Shown here one piece after another: positions 25,717 to 36,987 of a stretch of DNA of 64,000 bases. Source of the stretch: Sporopachydermia quercuum. Lineage: Eukaryota. The translations under genes and the position numbers were made by a program. Each line of letters starts with the position of its first letter. Position 1 is the stretch's first letter. The stretch is from positions 620,001 through 684,000 of the forward strand of contig BCGN01000008.1 of NCBI GenBank assembly GCA_001599295.1, written 5' to 3'. The notes beneath the pieces were generated by a model that had not been told where the DNA came from, did not search any database, and was given only the letters and a program-made list of their open reading frames with translations.

Positions 25717-27192
25717 ATGAAATTTCTAACTGCTCTCAAAAGACTTGCATTCAACCGCAAACCGATCACCAATACAGTTGACTCAGAAACTCTGCCGAAA
25801 ATGACCAAACTTCAAGGTAGACATCTATATAATGCAATTGGAAAGCCCACAAAGATTGTGGCTCCAATGGTAGATCAAAGTGAGCTAGCATGGAGAATAT
25901 TATGCAGAAGATATGGAGCTACTCTATGCTATACACCCATGTTTCATGCAAAGCTGTTTGCTACACAAGAAAAATATAGAGACCAAATGTGGGGACCAGA
26001 TGATGGAAATGCTGAGATAGATCGACCTTTGATAGTTCAATTTTGCGCAAATGATCCAGAGTATTTATTGGAGGCCGCTGAACATGTGGTTGGAAGATGT
26101 GACGCTGTAGATCTCAATCTAGGGTGTCCTCAAGGCATTGCTCGTAAAGGGCATTATGGATCATTTCTAATGGAAGATTGGGATTTAATAAATAAACTAA
26201 TAAACAAACTGCATACTCAACTAGACGTACCAGTGACAGCAAAAATAAGGATTTTTGACGATCGAGAAAAGACTTTGGCTTACGCTAAAATGGTATTGAA
26301 CGCTGGTGCTCAATTTCTCACTGTGCACGGTAGAACGAGAGATATGAAAGGCCAGAAAACAGGTTTTGCTGATTGGGAAATTTTGAAATATCTGAAGGAA
26401 AATTTACCTGAAAGTACTGTTTTATTTGCCAATGGGAACATTATTTATCCTGAAGATATATCTAGATGTTTAGAAGCAACAGAATTTGATGGTGTAATGG
26501 CAGCTGAAGGTGTTCTTTACAATCCGGCTACGTTTAATTTATATGATGAGAAAAGCAAAGCAGATCTTCATAGAATGGACTGTGAATCAATAAATCAAAA
26601 CATAGACAAGTTATTTCCAAGGGTGGATCATTTGATACGAGAATATTTGGAAATCGTGAAGTCTGTGCAAGGAATTGCTTCAAGGAAGGCAATGAAAACA
26701 CATTTTTTTAATTTATTAAGAGTATTCTTAGAGCATAATAAGGACTTAAGACCGGAAATTGGAAAACTAAATGCAGGGGACACTGGTTCTAAGAAAGAGA
26801 GTTTACAAGATGTCTTTGATGGATGGGAAAAGGTAGTAAAGACTATAGAAGATAGAGTAGCTAAGATATATGAAGACATAGCAAAAGGGAACGGTGAGTT
26901 GAAAGACGAGATAATTGTAGGTGAGTTAGAGGATTGGGGTGGATGTTATAAAGAAGTTCCCTACTGGAGATGTCAACCGTGTTTCCGCACTGTCAATGGA
27001 AAATCAAATAAAGATATAGTAAGAGAGCTTGTTAAAGAGAGAAAGGAATCCAAAGGACAAAAAGGTAAACGAAAAGCCGGTGAAACTGAATCGAAAGAAG
27101 AAGTATTTGAAAAGGAAGATGGAAAAACAAGTGAATCGCCTGAAAGGAAGAAAGTTAAGGAAAGCTCTTCAACTTCAACAACAGTTCAATAG
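25717..27192 (+). CDS. DUS1: tRNA dihydrouridine synthase Dus1
   Basis: VAPMVDQSELAWRIL.RRYGATL.YTPM, DRPLIVQFCAND, DLNLGCPQ and LTVHGRTR motifs. Confidence 0.96.
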   Translation: MKFLTALKRLAFNRKPITNTVDSETLPKMTKLQGRHLYNAIGKPTKIVAPMVDQSELAWRILCRRYGATLCYTPMFHAKLFATQEKYRDQMWGPDDGNAEIDRPLIVQFCANDPEYLLEAAEHVVGRCDAVDLNLGCPQGIARKGHYGSFLMEDWDLINKLINKLHTQLDVPVTAKIRIFDDREKTLAYAKMVLNAGAQFLTVHGRTRDMKGQKTGFADWEILKYLKENLPESTVLFANGNIIYPEDISRCLEATEFDGVMAAEGVLYNPATFNLYDEKSKADLHRMDCESINQNIDKLFPRVDHLIREYLEIVKSVQGIASRKAMKTHFFNLLRVFLEHNKDLRPEIGKLNAGDTGSKKESLQDVFDGWEKVVKTIEDRVAKIYEDIAKGNGELKDEIIVGELEDWGGCYKEVPYWRCQPCFRTVNGKSNKDIVRELVKERKESKGQKGKRKAGETESKEEVFEKEDGKTSESPERKKVKESSSTSTTVQ

Positions 27193-28275
27193 TGANAACA
27201 ACGAAGGCCTAAAACAGTTGGTTCTGAAGCGCATGCTAATTTCAATGCAATTTCCAAATGACTGCTGATATTTGATAAATTTTGTATTCAATTATTCACA
27301 ATGATTTCGCAGACAAAATACCAAAGCTTTTTTTACCGATCAAGTGAGTGATTATTTATTTTTTTCATCTTACTTACATCGTTTAGGTTTGAGATTATAC
27401 TCGGAAGCTTCAACCATGAGAATTGATTAACATAAGTTATGTTTTGTTGTACCACTTGAACGCCCTTTACAGCTCTCCTTCCATAAGTATAGAATAAGTG
27501 TCTGAACCAGATCATAAAGATTGCTTTTTCTTTTCTTAGTATCCAATTAGTTTTTCATAATCCATTTCTTATTTTCTCTCCATTACCCATTTATTTTATC
27601 TTTTCCGGTTTTCTGAATTTAGGAAACGGTGCTGTACTCTGCTCTTATATTCCACGTATATTTCCCATTCGGGAAATGTATATCTGTATTCTTTTTTTTA
27701 TGACATGTCNCACGTCCCCCCTTCATATCCACTTTGTATCCGGACTTAAACTTCCGACATCAGATGAATGTGGATGTCCCTGTCACCTTTTTGTCATGTT
27801 TATCTTTCTTCTGATGCCGAAGTCGCTATCCTTTTCCCGAATCTCCCGTGATCCTATCTTTACNTACCATTTGTATACTATAAGTAATATACCATGAATA
27901 ATATACATTTATACTATCGTTAATATTATGGTTATTATTATCTATTTTTCATTTCGTTACTATATATTATAACTCTTGGTTTACTTATGATCAGGCAGGC
28001 AGTCAATGGACCTTCCATCAACAAATGGAGTTATAAGCATATTCACATTCCTTATCTGCAAAATATTAACAAGAATTATCAACCAGCAATTACTATAAAT
28101 AAACAAATGAACATCATAGAAGATAGAATTGAAATCGTCAGCAAAACGCAACAATTTTTTACTACTTACTACACAATTTAATTCATGATTCTCAGCATAA
28201 TCTCCAATCTCATCAGGTAGAATCATACATCAAAAAGCATAAATAGCAAAGCCTACATAGTAACATATATTCAAC

Positions 28276-30939
28276 ATGACAGAAGAATCTGAACCTCTTT
28301 TAAATAATAGATCCAATTCCTATCATGATCCAGAAGCTATAAGCTATCTGACGAACGATGACGCTACAGAGCATCATATTTCAATCTTCAGAAACTTCTT
28401 TCCCGAACGTCATAGTTTACGTCTAAAGAGAAATAAAAGAAGGAGGCATCACAATGATTATAATACTGTTGATAGCAACAACTATGAAAGCGACAGTGAC
28501 ACCAGTACCGAGAGGAAGGAGAGAAAAGAACGTTTCACATCACAGATGATACGATTTCTTGCTTACAGTGCATTTGGTATTATGTTCTTCTTAGGATTCA
28601 ATCTAGTATTCTTACCAAGAACTTCATTGAGCAGAGATCTACGAAGACTCCATGAAAATAAAGTAACATACTTTGACGCCCAAAGGTACTTTTTCCACTC
28701 AATAGATGAAGACCATTTTGATTTTCTGTTGGCAAATTTTACTACGAAACGACATTTAGCTGGTGACAACTACCCTTCGGCAGAATTCACAAGGGATATG
28801 TTCCGAGATGCAGGTTTACCAAACGTTGCAATCAAAGAATATGATGCGTATCTTAATATGCCGCTGAGGTCGTCGTTACAATTAATTAATAGTACTAATG
28901 GACAAATCTTACATGNGGCGTCTATGCAAGAAGATGTTTTACCGAATGACGCCACAACAGCAGCTCCAGATGCCGTTCCCGCCTTTCATGCATACTCAGC
29001 ATCGGGTGAAGTTGTGGCAGAGTTTTTGGATGCAGGGTTTGGATCTCGGGAAGATTTTCTAGCTGTGAATAACTCGGACCAAGGCACTTACGGTAAAATT
29101 GCTTTNATCAGAACTGGCAACATTAATCCTGGGGTTAAAATGCAACTAGCGGAGGAATTTGGATGTGTCGGGGCNGTGTTTTTCTCTGAACCTAATTTTC
29201 AAAGAAACACTAATGGTTTACCGGCTTATCCTGCGGGGACAGCTCAAAATCCTTCTAGCATACAGAGAGATTCTGTACTACTTAATTCAAACTCACCTGG
29301 AGATCCGACAACTCCAGGTTGGAGCTCAAAAAAGTTTTCCAAGCGGGTGAACCCGGAACAGAATCATCTTACCCCGAATATTCCGTCATTACCAATTAGT
29401 TACCGAGATGCCAAGCCACTTTTAGACGGGGTGGAATCATCCGAGGATTTAAANTTGAATCTTATCTCGCGACAGGATTATAAAGTTCGACCTATTTATA
29501 ATGTCTTAGCCACAATTGAAGGCATAATTCCGGGAGAAGCTATTGTCATCGGAAACCACAGGGACGCTTTGGTAGTTGGTGGAGCATCAGATCCCGGCTC
29601 AGGGTCAGCAGTATTATTAGAATTGGCCCGAGCGTTTGGGTCATTGCTCCAAAGGGGGTGGAAACCATCAAGAACAATTATCCTTGCTTCATGGGATGGA
29701 GGCGCTCCGGGTCAGATTGGGTCAACTGAATGGGGAGAGGATAGAGCGGGTTTCATTAGCAGAAATGTGTTAGCATATATCAATCTGGATACGGTCGTTT
29801 CAGGCACTGAATTTTCTGTTTCCGGAAACGGATTATTGCATGATTTGGTAAAAGAAGTCGCGAAGAAAGTTCCCTCGCCAGAAATTGCCACGTGGTTTGA
29901 TTTGCGTAACAGAAATAAAGCCGAATTCTCAAACACTAACTATCTCATGAGAGAAGCTGGAAATTTAACCGAAAATACAAGCCTCTACGACTACTGGATT
30001 AAACAGACCTCGGGAAAATACGGAGTTCTCGGCGCCGGATCTGATTTTGCCGTGTTTCAAAACCATCTCGGAATCCCAAGTCTAGACTTCAAATTCGTTT
30101 TTAATGGTAAAACCGATCCCGAATGTCATCTCCATTCAAACTATGACTCTTATACTTGGACAAGACGTTTTTTCGGGCAGAATTTCACAGACAAACACGG
30201 AAAAGAGTCTGTAGCCTACCCGTTGCATGTAACAGCCACTAAGCTGGCGGGGTTATTAGCTATTGAGCTCTCAGAGAGAGAGGTAATTTATTTCCATACA
30301 AGTCCTTATGCAAATGAGATCAACAAAGGCTTAGTTGAAATATTAGATAATCTACCAGGCAGTTGGATCAATAAAACAATCAATCCGCTACATTTCGGAG
30401 AAAAACTCAAGAAATATTTCCATTTACCACCAAACCAAGGACAGCCGGAAACGTTCGGAGAACTTTCCAGGAACTTGCGGGAACTGGTTGATAGTCTCAC
30501 CAATAATGCAGAGAAATTTGATGTTTATGCTGATAATGTCGCCAATGGATTCACTGTTGACTATCCGTGGTTCAGAATGTTCAATAAACTGTGGCTTATG
30601 TTTCGTATTNGAGCTATTAATTATTGGCTATTCAATTTCGATAGGTGGCTCATTTATAACAAAGGAATTGGATATAAAATCAATGAATCGGTTGATAGTG
30701 GAGAAATTCCATTGGTTAACGACTCATCTTCTCGTTACTACTATGGTCGTGTTAGACCTTGGATGAAACATGTTGTATATGGACCGGAATTATTCAATGG
30801 AAATCAAGGGATCCTTTTTCCTGGATTACAGGAAGCAATTCAGTATGAAGATTTTCCGTCAACTGTTAGATGGATTGGAATTTTATTTGACAAGTTAGGA
30901 AAACTGAACGGTGAATTGAATCGGTTTATTGGTAAATGA
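28276..30939 (+). CDS. VPS70: Transferrin-receptor/M28B glutamate-carboxypeptidase-like type II membrane protein (Vps70/Tre family)
   Basis: Single N-proximal TM segment, PA domain (GKIA.IR.G), PGDPTTPG, GNHRD, GASDPGSG, AYINLD, GAGSDF..FQNHLGIPS, HSNYDS and a TfR dimer domain. Syntenic with the RSF2/TDA9 homolog. Confidence 0.8.
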   Translation: MTEESEPLLNNRSNSYHDPEAISYLTNDDATEHHISIFRNFFPERHSLRLKRNKRRRHHNDYNTVDSNNYESDSDTSTERKERKERFTSQMIRFLAYSAFGIMFFLGFNLVFLPRTSLSRDLRRLHENKVTYFDAQRYFFHSIDEDHFDFLLANFTTKRHLAGDNYPSAEFTRDMFRDAGLPNVAIKEYDAYLNMPLRSSLQLINSTNGQILHXASMQEDVLPNDATTAAPDAVPAFHAYSASGEVVAEFLDAGFGSREDFLAVNNSDQGTYGKIAXIRTGNINPGVKMQLAEEFGCVGXVFFSEPNFQRNTNGLPAYPAGTAQNPSSIQRDSVLLNSNSPGDPTTPGWSSKKFSKRVNPEQNHLTPNIPSLPISYRDAKPLLDGVESSEDLXLNLISRQDYKVRPIYNVLATIEGIIPGEAIVIGNHRDALVVGGASDPGSGSAVLLELARAFGSLLQRGWKPSRTIILASWDGGAPGQIGSTEWGEDRAGFISRNVLAYINLDTVVSGTEFSVSGNGLLHDLVKEVAKKVPSPEIATWFDLRNRNKAEFSNTNYLMREAGNLTENTSLYDYWIKQTSGKYGVLGAGSDFAVFQNHLGIPSLDFKFVFNGKTDPECHLHSNYDSYTWTRRFFGQNFTDKHGKESVAYPLHVTATKLAGLLAIELSEREVIYFHTSPYANEINKGLVEILDNLPGSWINKTINPLHFGEKLKKYFHLPPNQGQPETFGELSRNLRELVDSLTNNAEKFDVYADNVANGFTVDYPWFRMFNKLWLMFRIXAINYWLFNFDRWLIYNKGIGYKINESVDSGEIPLVNDSSSRYYYGRVRPWMKHVVYGPELFNGNQGILFPGLQEAIQYEDFPSTVRWIGILFDKLGKLNGELNRFIGK

Positions 30940-32379
30940 AAAGGGACAAGCATAAGAGTAGAAGGGTAGGTAGTATTAGAAATAATAAACTTAGGATAAG
31001 ATCGTAAATATGAATAGAAGGGAAGAATTGTACTATAAGANGAATGGCAATGAAGACTAGGAAGAGTTATAATGAAAAGTATGAATAATGATTAACGAAT
31101 TAATAGGATGAATTTATAGGCTAGAGTCATAAGTACTATAGAATAAATAGTAATAGTATTAATAAAAATGGGTTTAATGAAAGAGGAGCTCTTAAATGTA
31201 AAGCATTTAGAATATATGAAGAAGAAGACAAGCACGATGAAAATGCATGCTCAATTATCGTATGTTGCACAAAAATAATAAGGATGTGATATGATAGTCT
31301 GATATGATATGATGATAGCATCAACGATATGTTAACATCCATATCTCATTTTCCAACTATCATATTGCATCTAGCAGAGTTATAGTATACTATAATGAGT
31401 TGTAATTTATGATGATCATGCTTCATAAATCAGTTTATATAATATAATGCTTTACTTCCTTTCCCCTTTCCGTACCTTGACTTCTATTGTTACTTACCGC
31501 ATATCATAAGCTACACTGGTTTTATTTATAATCCTTTGTATAGCATTGTGAATACTCAATGCACTTACTCTAATATACCTGCAATATCTAATAACAGTTG
31601 TAAAGTAATATTTGTCATAAATGCAGAAATCGGTGTTATCATCTATGCCTTTCATTATATAAATAAAACAACAAGGATTGGATATTTGTTACATTACATT
31701 TATTAACTAGTGCAATAACCACTCAAAAGAAGTCAACATAATTAACACTGAAATATCAATTATTGTATCAGCAAAAATAGATTGTTGTATACTGCAATAA
31801 TTATTAATGTTTGTCAATTAACATAAAGTAATAACTGTAGTAAGTATATTTAATGAATTAATGCAATACGACTGTCATCGCAATTCGCATAACAATCATC
31901 AGCGGTAAATGTACCTATGTTTATATATTGAAACTCATTGAATCTTTCTGGCTCTTCTATTGCATTTTTAACGATTTCCTCTAACGCTTTGGTTGAAGTT
32001 CAGGATGTAGTAATTTCAAGTTCGAGACAAAGCGATGAAATAAAAATTTATTGTTTTATATCAATGTTTCTACTAACATGAACACCAACTATCGAACAAA
32101 ATATTATTAATAAATCAATACATAAACTATGTATAACAATATAACAACAAAAATACAATCCTCAAAAAGAAATAAATATTGACATAAATTTAAGCACCAA
32201 CCAATTTTTTAGTATAGAAATAATCACCATTAAACGGTATCAAAACTAATTCGTGAGAATGAAACTGAACAACGATTCTATCCCTTTAAAGCATAATTCA
32301 TACATTTCTCAAATTAACATAATTCAATCATCAACTAATTGCAATTCAATCGATTGATTATACGCTGATTTATTGTTCT

Positions 32380-35300
32380 TCATTTCTCCTGTTGAGTACT
32401 GTCGGGTTTAACGGATTGTTGATTCCGAGAATGCATAGATATAAGTTCTTCAGCTTGAGACAGACCAGGTATTGACATCGACGTTCTAACTCGTTCTAGC
32501 GCAAGAGAACTATTATATTGACCACTTCTTACCATTGATAATCTTAGATCATGTAATGAAGCTTGACCAGAGGATTGATAGTTAGTTTGTCCGTTGTGAG
32601 AATGGAAATATGTCCTAGGATTCAAAGGTTTAGTGAGGAAATGAGTAACCTTAGAAACTGTACCAGCACGTTTTCTTTTCTTTGAATTATCTAAAACGTT
32701 ATCTGAGAGTGCGAATGATTCAATTCCACCAGTATTTCTTGCTTCAGGATCAATTGCACCAAAATCCCCATTATCTGGTGATCCATCATATCTTGAACTA
32801 TCAGTAGTATCATTATCACCATCAATACCGCCAGAGCTACCGGATGCACCAGTGTTACTACCAACATCGTTGGGTTTCTCATCCTGTATATCAAGTTCGC
32901 CAATTTTTAACATAGTAGGATCATAACCTTCACCATAGCTTTTGAACTTTCCTTGGCTGACTTCTTCTCTAATAATATCAACATCATCAGGAAAATAAAT
33001 TCTTCTAACACAAGACACGATTTCTCTTGGCAAAATACAAGCAATAATAGTAACAAAGAAATAAGTCCAAAATGAAACAGCACCGAAGACTTGTCTAGCA
33101 GCGTCATAAAATTCTGTGGCCCTTGATGGACTGACTGTCCATACTCCTGTCCAAAAGAATACAACCAAATTACTCAAAGCGTTCAAAAGTAACGTTAGCC
33201 AATCCCATAAATATTGACGTCTTAAGACATAGATATTACAAGAAACGACAGAGGCACTTGCAACATAGATTCCAACCCAATATCTATGATCTAAAGGTAA
33301 ACCATTAGAGCTGACCATTGGTGGATAATAGTATAATAAATAAGCAAAATAAAAACAAATAACTGACTGATAGAATCCATCAAACATATAAAGCCAAAAT
33401 CTTAATTGGGACCAGTTTTTACCAAGAATTCCTGACACGTATAATTGAGGAACTAATAATGATACAGTATCTGATACATCTTGATCCAGTACTCCTAGGA
33501 AAATAACTGGCAGTGAGGTGAAAGCCAAGTTATAGAACATTAGATATGTATACTCAAACAAGTATGATCCATCGAAATTATTATAAATTCCATACCAGAA
33601 CAGAGCAAGGGTGAATACAACGTTTTTATAGAAGAAACAAGGAATCATTTCTGCTAACCGTTTATAGGACCATCTACCATGAACCAATAATAATCTTGTA
33701 AGGAATCTAAATCTTGCAATTGCAAAATCGGCCGACATCACTGCTTGTCTACCTTCCTCACCGGCGATTCCTACACCCACGTCTGCTGCTTGAATCATAG
33801 CAACGTCATTAGCTCCATCGCCAACGGCTAATGTCATTACTTTCAAGCTTTGTCTAACAGCTTTAACTACGGCTGCTTTTTGAGCTGGTGACACTCTGCA
33901 ACATAGAACGGCCCGGCAATTTTTGCATAATAATACAAATTTATCTTGTAGTCCACTTTCTAATACTGTAGCTAATGCTTCACCATCAATAATAACTGCA
34001 TGGGTTCCAGGAGGAACTGAATGATCATTCCTTGCGAATTCAATCTCTTTCTCACTATACTCAAGGTTGAAACATGCTTTTAGGTAATTGTCTAGTTGTG
34101 CTTCAACTATTTCTTTTGGTGTCCCAGTTTCCGTTGATTCTCCTCCTCTGATAACCAGTAATTCCATTGAAACATCTAGTAAATTACAAGAAAACCCAAT
34201 ATTGATAGCCGTTTCAATCTTATCGCCAGTAAGAACCCAAATCTTGATACCAGCTTGAGCTAGTAAAGCAATTGAGTTGGGTACACCGTCTTGAAGTCTA
34301 TCTTCAATAGCTGTACCGCCTAATAAGATCAAGTCTCTTTCTATTAGCTCACTGACTTCCTCCATGGATGATTCTCTATCTGCCATTGCAGTTTTCGCCT
34401 CTTGGTATTTTATTGACCACTTAGAGAATTCATCCGGTGTCAATTCTCTATAACCAATACATAATGTTCTTAAACCTTCTCTAGCAAAGTTTTCCAAGTG
34501 TAATGCTGTTTTGGCTACTGAATCCGATGAAACTGAAGCATCTAGTCTGGGGAAGATAACTGCATCAGCACCTTTAGTAATCAAGATGAGACTTGGTTTA
34601 TCTTTACCAGGTAATTTTGCTTCAGCAATAACACTCATTCTTTTACGTGTTGATGTGAAAGCTATAGTTTCTTTGATAGGAATTCTTATTTCCTCGCCGT
34701 GGTATTCGATGACACAACCATTTCTATCACGTGACTTGAACACGAATCCTAAATCAGTAGCAGTTGAAACCAACGCAGCTTCATCAGGAGATTCTGCACG
34801 AAATACTGTTTTCCCTGGACTATCAGTATCTGCTTCTGTTACTACTGTATTACATAAAACAAGTGCCAACATAAAACGTTCACAGGCTCTCTTTTCTTCC
34901 TCACCTGATTCTTCTAGTAACGATGAAACAAATTTTGATGACGTAAACGTTAATTCCGATTCCGGAAACTTTACGTCGGGATCTCCGATATATTTTCGAA
35001 GCTTATCTTCCATTATTTCCCGGTCATTTCGGATCTCAGCCAATGCTTTAGCACTTTCTTTGGCTACATTTAATCCTTGTCGACGTTGTAATCCTGACAT
35101 CGCTTCAGTGTATGCTAACCCATAAGATGTCCCATTGACTGTACATTTCTTAAACTCCATAACGTTTTGAGTCAAAGTACCAGTTTTATCGGAAAAAATA
35201 TACTCAATTTGACCCAAATCATCAGAAATGTTCCAAGATTTCGGATAGCATGGATAATCCAATTTAGCATAGTACATTAATACATCAGAATAAATGAAAA

Positions 35301-36987
35301 ATGCTTGTATAGTCTTAATTATCTCAATAGAGATGTATAAGGAAATAGGAACTAGGGATTGGTATAAGATAACTGCCACGAAGAAGGCAATTACGCCATT
35401 CTTTGCAGAGGTGCCACCAATTGATCCGAAGCCAAAATATGTTTCAGATGATGTTGAATTGTAAAATATACCATTGACGACACCTGAAACAAAACAGAGA
35501 ATAAATAACAAAGCAAAATTGACCAAAACATTGAAATTGAGCTCCCTGGAAATCCTAGACTTTTTCGTAGGAGTAATTCCAGCATTCAGCATAATTTTTG
35601 TTTCTGGCCCTGTGAATAAAACCAAACCAATAACCCATCTAGTATTTCTGATAGTACTACCACGAAGTAATACATTATCAATATTTATAGGTTCTGCTTG
35701 ATCAGAATTGAATTCACCATTCTCATTCAAATACTTCAATACACCTTGGAAAGCATATAGATTTGGTTGTGGACCATCACAATCGACCCAAAATCTTGAT
35801 CTTTTCAATTGAGAAGCATGTCTAATTGATCTGGTCAAATCTAAAGCCATACGTGATTTAAGATTGGTCTCACCATCAAGATTTTTTGTTTCAATGAAAC
35901 ATCCACCTTCTTCATCTGAAGTTGCCAATATAAGTAAATCAGCAGGTATTTCTTCTCGATCTTTAATTTTCAGCACGTCACCAACATAAATATTTTTCCA
36001 TGCATCCCTCTTAAAATGAGCCGAAGATGCTTCTTCTGGCGAACTGGGTGCTGTCATAACAGGCGCTTCCACCGGTCCGTCAGAATTAGGATAAACATTC
36101 GAATCACCCAATGATGAAGCACCGGAAAGAACTCTATGTAAACTTATGTTTTCAGTATGAGACTCTACATCTTTCTTTCTTTGACGTTCCTCTCGATGCA
36201 ATCTCCTTTTCTCAGCTGAGAATAGACGTACTAACGATCCACCAAATCGTCTGTTACTTCTGGTACATGCTTTCTTGATTTTTCGCCATAACCCAACTTG
36301 ATCTATTGTTACATTTGAATTATGCACTCCTTTCAAAATATGCACTGAAGAATTATTCAATTCCACGTCGGAGTTCGATCTACCCCAATCTTCAATCAAA
36401 TCCTTAACAGCGGTTATACATACAATAACAATCAAAGGAACAGCAGCCAATCCAGGGTTATCGACACCGAAAATGGGAAATGCACCAAGGATAATTAGAA
36501 ACAAGAAATAAACATTCGCCACATTATGAAACTGGAAAAATAAATTCTTTGGAAGAAATGATATCGGGGTATATTTAGTCGTTCTAATCTTATTCCTAGG
36601 ATATTCAAACAAAGGATCACCATTTGAATCTAACATATCCTTTGGTAGTTCCATATTATAGTAGACATGACGAGTATCTTGTTCTAATGTTGCATTAAAA
36701 GGAGGTCTTACTCCCGGTACCTTCAATGCGTGAGCCACTTTTCTTATCCATGATGACCTTTGTTGTTTTAATTTTTCAGTCTCTCGAATTCTCTCAGGAT
36801 CCAAATCGGTACCCTTTGATAACACTTTGAACAGTTCTGCCTGATGGTCCAATTCTGTTTCGGTATTTAATCGGATTAAATTTCTTTCATCGTTGAGATC
36901 ATTGTTTAGTGAATTTGCGTTATTGTTCAACTCCGACAAGTCTTCATCTTGTTGTGAGATTGATTGTGATGTTTGGTGATGCCTCAT
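32380..36987 (-). CDS. DNF1: P4-ATPase phospholipid flippase of the Dnf1/Dnf2 clade
   Basis: DGETNLK, DKTGTLT and GDGANDV motifs, TM1 'GA' motif (ILGAF) and TM4 YQSLVPISLY, typical of Dnf1/2 rather than Drs2. Confidence 0.92.
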   Translation of the reverse strand: MRHHQTSQSISQQDEDLSELNNNANSLNNDLNDERNLIRLNTETELDHQAELFKVLSKGTDLDPERIRETEKLKQQRSSWIRKVAHALKVPGVRPPFNATLEQDTRHVYYNMELPKDMLDSNGDPLFEYPRNKIRTTKYTPISFLPKNLFFQFHNVANVYFLFLIILGAFPIFGVDNPGLAAVPLIVIVCITAVKDLIEDWGRSNSDVELNNSSVHILKGVHNSNVTIDQVGLWRKIKKACTRSNRRFGGSLVRLFSAEKRRLHREERQRKKDVESHTENISLHRVLSGASSLGDSNVYPNSDGPVEAPVMTAPSSPEEASSAHFKRDAWKNIYVGDVLKIKDREEIPADLLILATSDEEGGCFIETKNLDGETNLKSRMALDLTRSIRHASQLKRSRFWVDCDGPQPNLYAFQGVLKYLNENGEFNSDQAEPINIDNVLLRGSTIRNTRWVIGLVLFTGPETKIMLNAGITPTKKSRISRELNFNVLVNFALLFILCFVSGVVNGIFYNSTSSETYFGFGSIGGTSAKNGVIAFFVAVILYQSLVPISLYISIEIIKTIQAFFIYSDVLMYYAKLDYPCYPKSWNISDDLGQIEYIFSDKTGTLTQNVMEFKKCTVNGTSYGLAYTEAMSGLQRRQGLNVAKESAKALAEIRNDREIMEDKLRKYIGDPDVKFPESELTFTSSKFVSSLLEESGEEEKRACERFMLALVLCNTVVTEADTDSPGKTVFRAESPDEAALVSTATDLGFVFKSRDRNGCVIEYHGEEIRIPIKETIAFTSTRKRMSVIAEAKLPGKDKPSLILITKGADAVIFPRLDASVSSDSVAKTALHLENFAREGLRTLCIGYRELTPDEFSKWSIKYQEAKTAMADRESSMEEVSELIERDLILLGGTAIEDRLQDGVPNSIALLAQAGIKIWVLTGDKIETAINIGFSCNLLDVSMELLVIRGGESTETGTPKEIVEAQLDNYLKACFNLEYSEKEIEFARNDHSVPPGTHAVIIDGEALATVLESGLQDKFVLLCKNCRAVLCCRVSPAQKAAVVKAVRQSLKVMTLAVGDGANDVAMIQAADVGVGIAGEEGRQAVMSADFAIARFRFLTRLLLVHGRWSYKRLAEMIPCFFYKNVVFTLALFWYGIYNNFDGSYLFEYTYLMFYNLAFTSLPVIFLGVLDQDVSDTVSLLVPQLYVSGILGKNWSQLRFWLYMFDGFYQSVICFYFAYLLYYYPPMVSSNGLPLDHRYWVGIYVASASVVSCNIYVLRRQYLWDWLTLLLNALSNLVVFFWTGVWTVSPSRATEFYDAARQVFGAVSFWTYFFVTIIACILPREIVSCVRRIYFPDDVDIIREEVSQGKFKSYGEGYDPTMLKIGELDIQDEKPNDVGSNTGASGSSGGIDGDNDTTDSSRYDGSPDNGDFGAIDPEARNTGGIESFALSDNVLDNSKKRKRAGTVSKVTHFLTKPLNPRTYFHSHNGQTNYQSSGQASLHDLRLSMVRSGQYNSSLALERVRTSMSIPGLSQAEELISMHSRNQQSVKPDSTQQEK

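Noticed and set aside
30940..32379. 1.4-kb AT-rich gap between convergent genes with minus-strand GTAAGT donors (31497, 31568)
   Set aside because: No consistent branch/acceptor gave an open spliced frame, and I recognised no centromere or ncRNA motif.
34511..35125. 204-aa ORF antisense to DNF1 (and similar shadow ORFs inside RAD7, BFA1, the TFs, SRP1 and MAC1)
   Set aside because: Fully nested antisense to well-supported genes, with no independent motifs.
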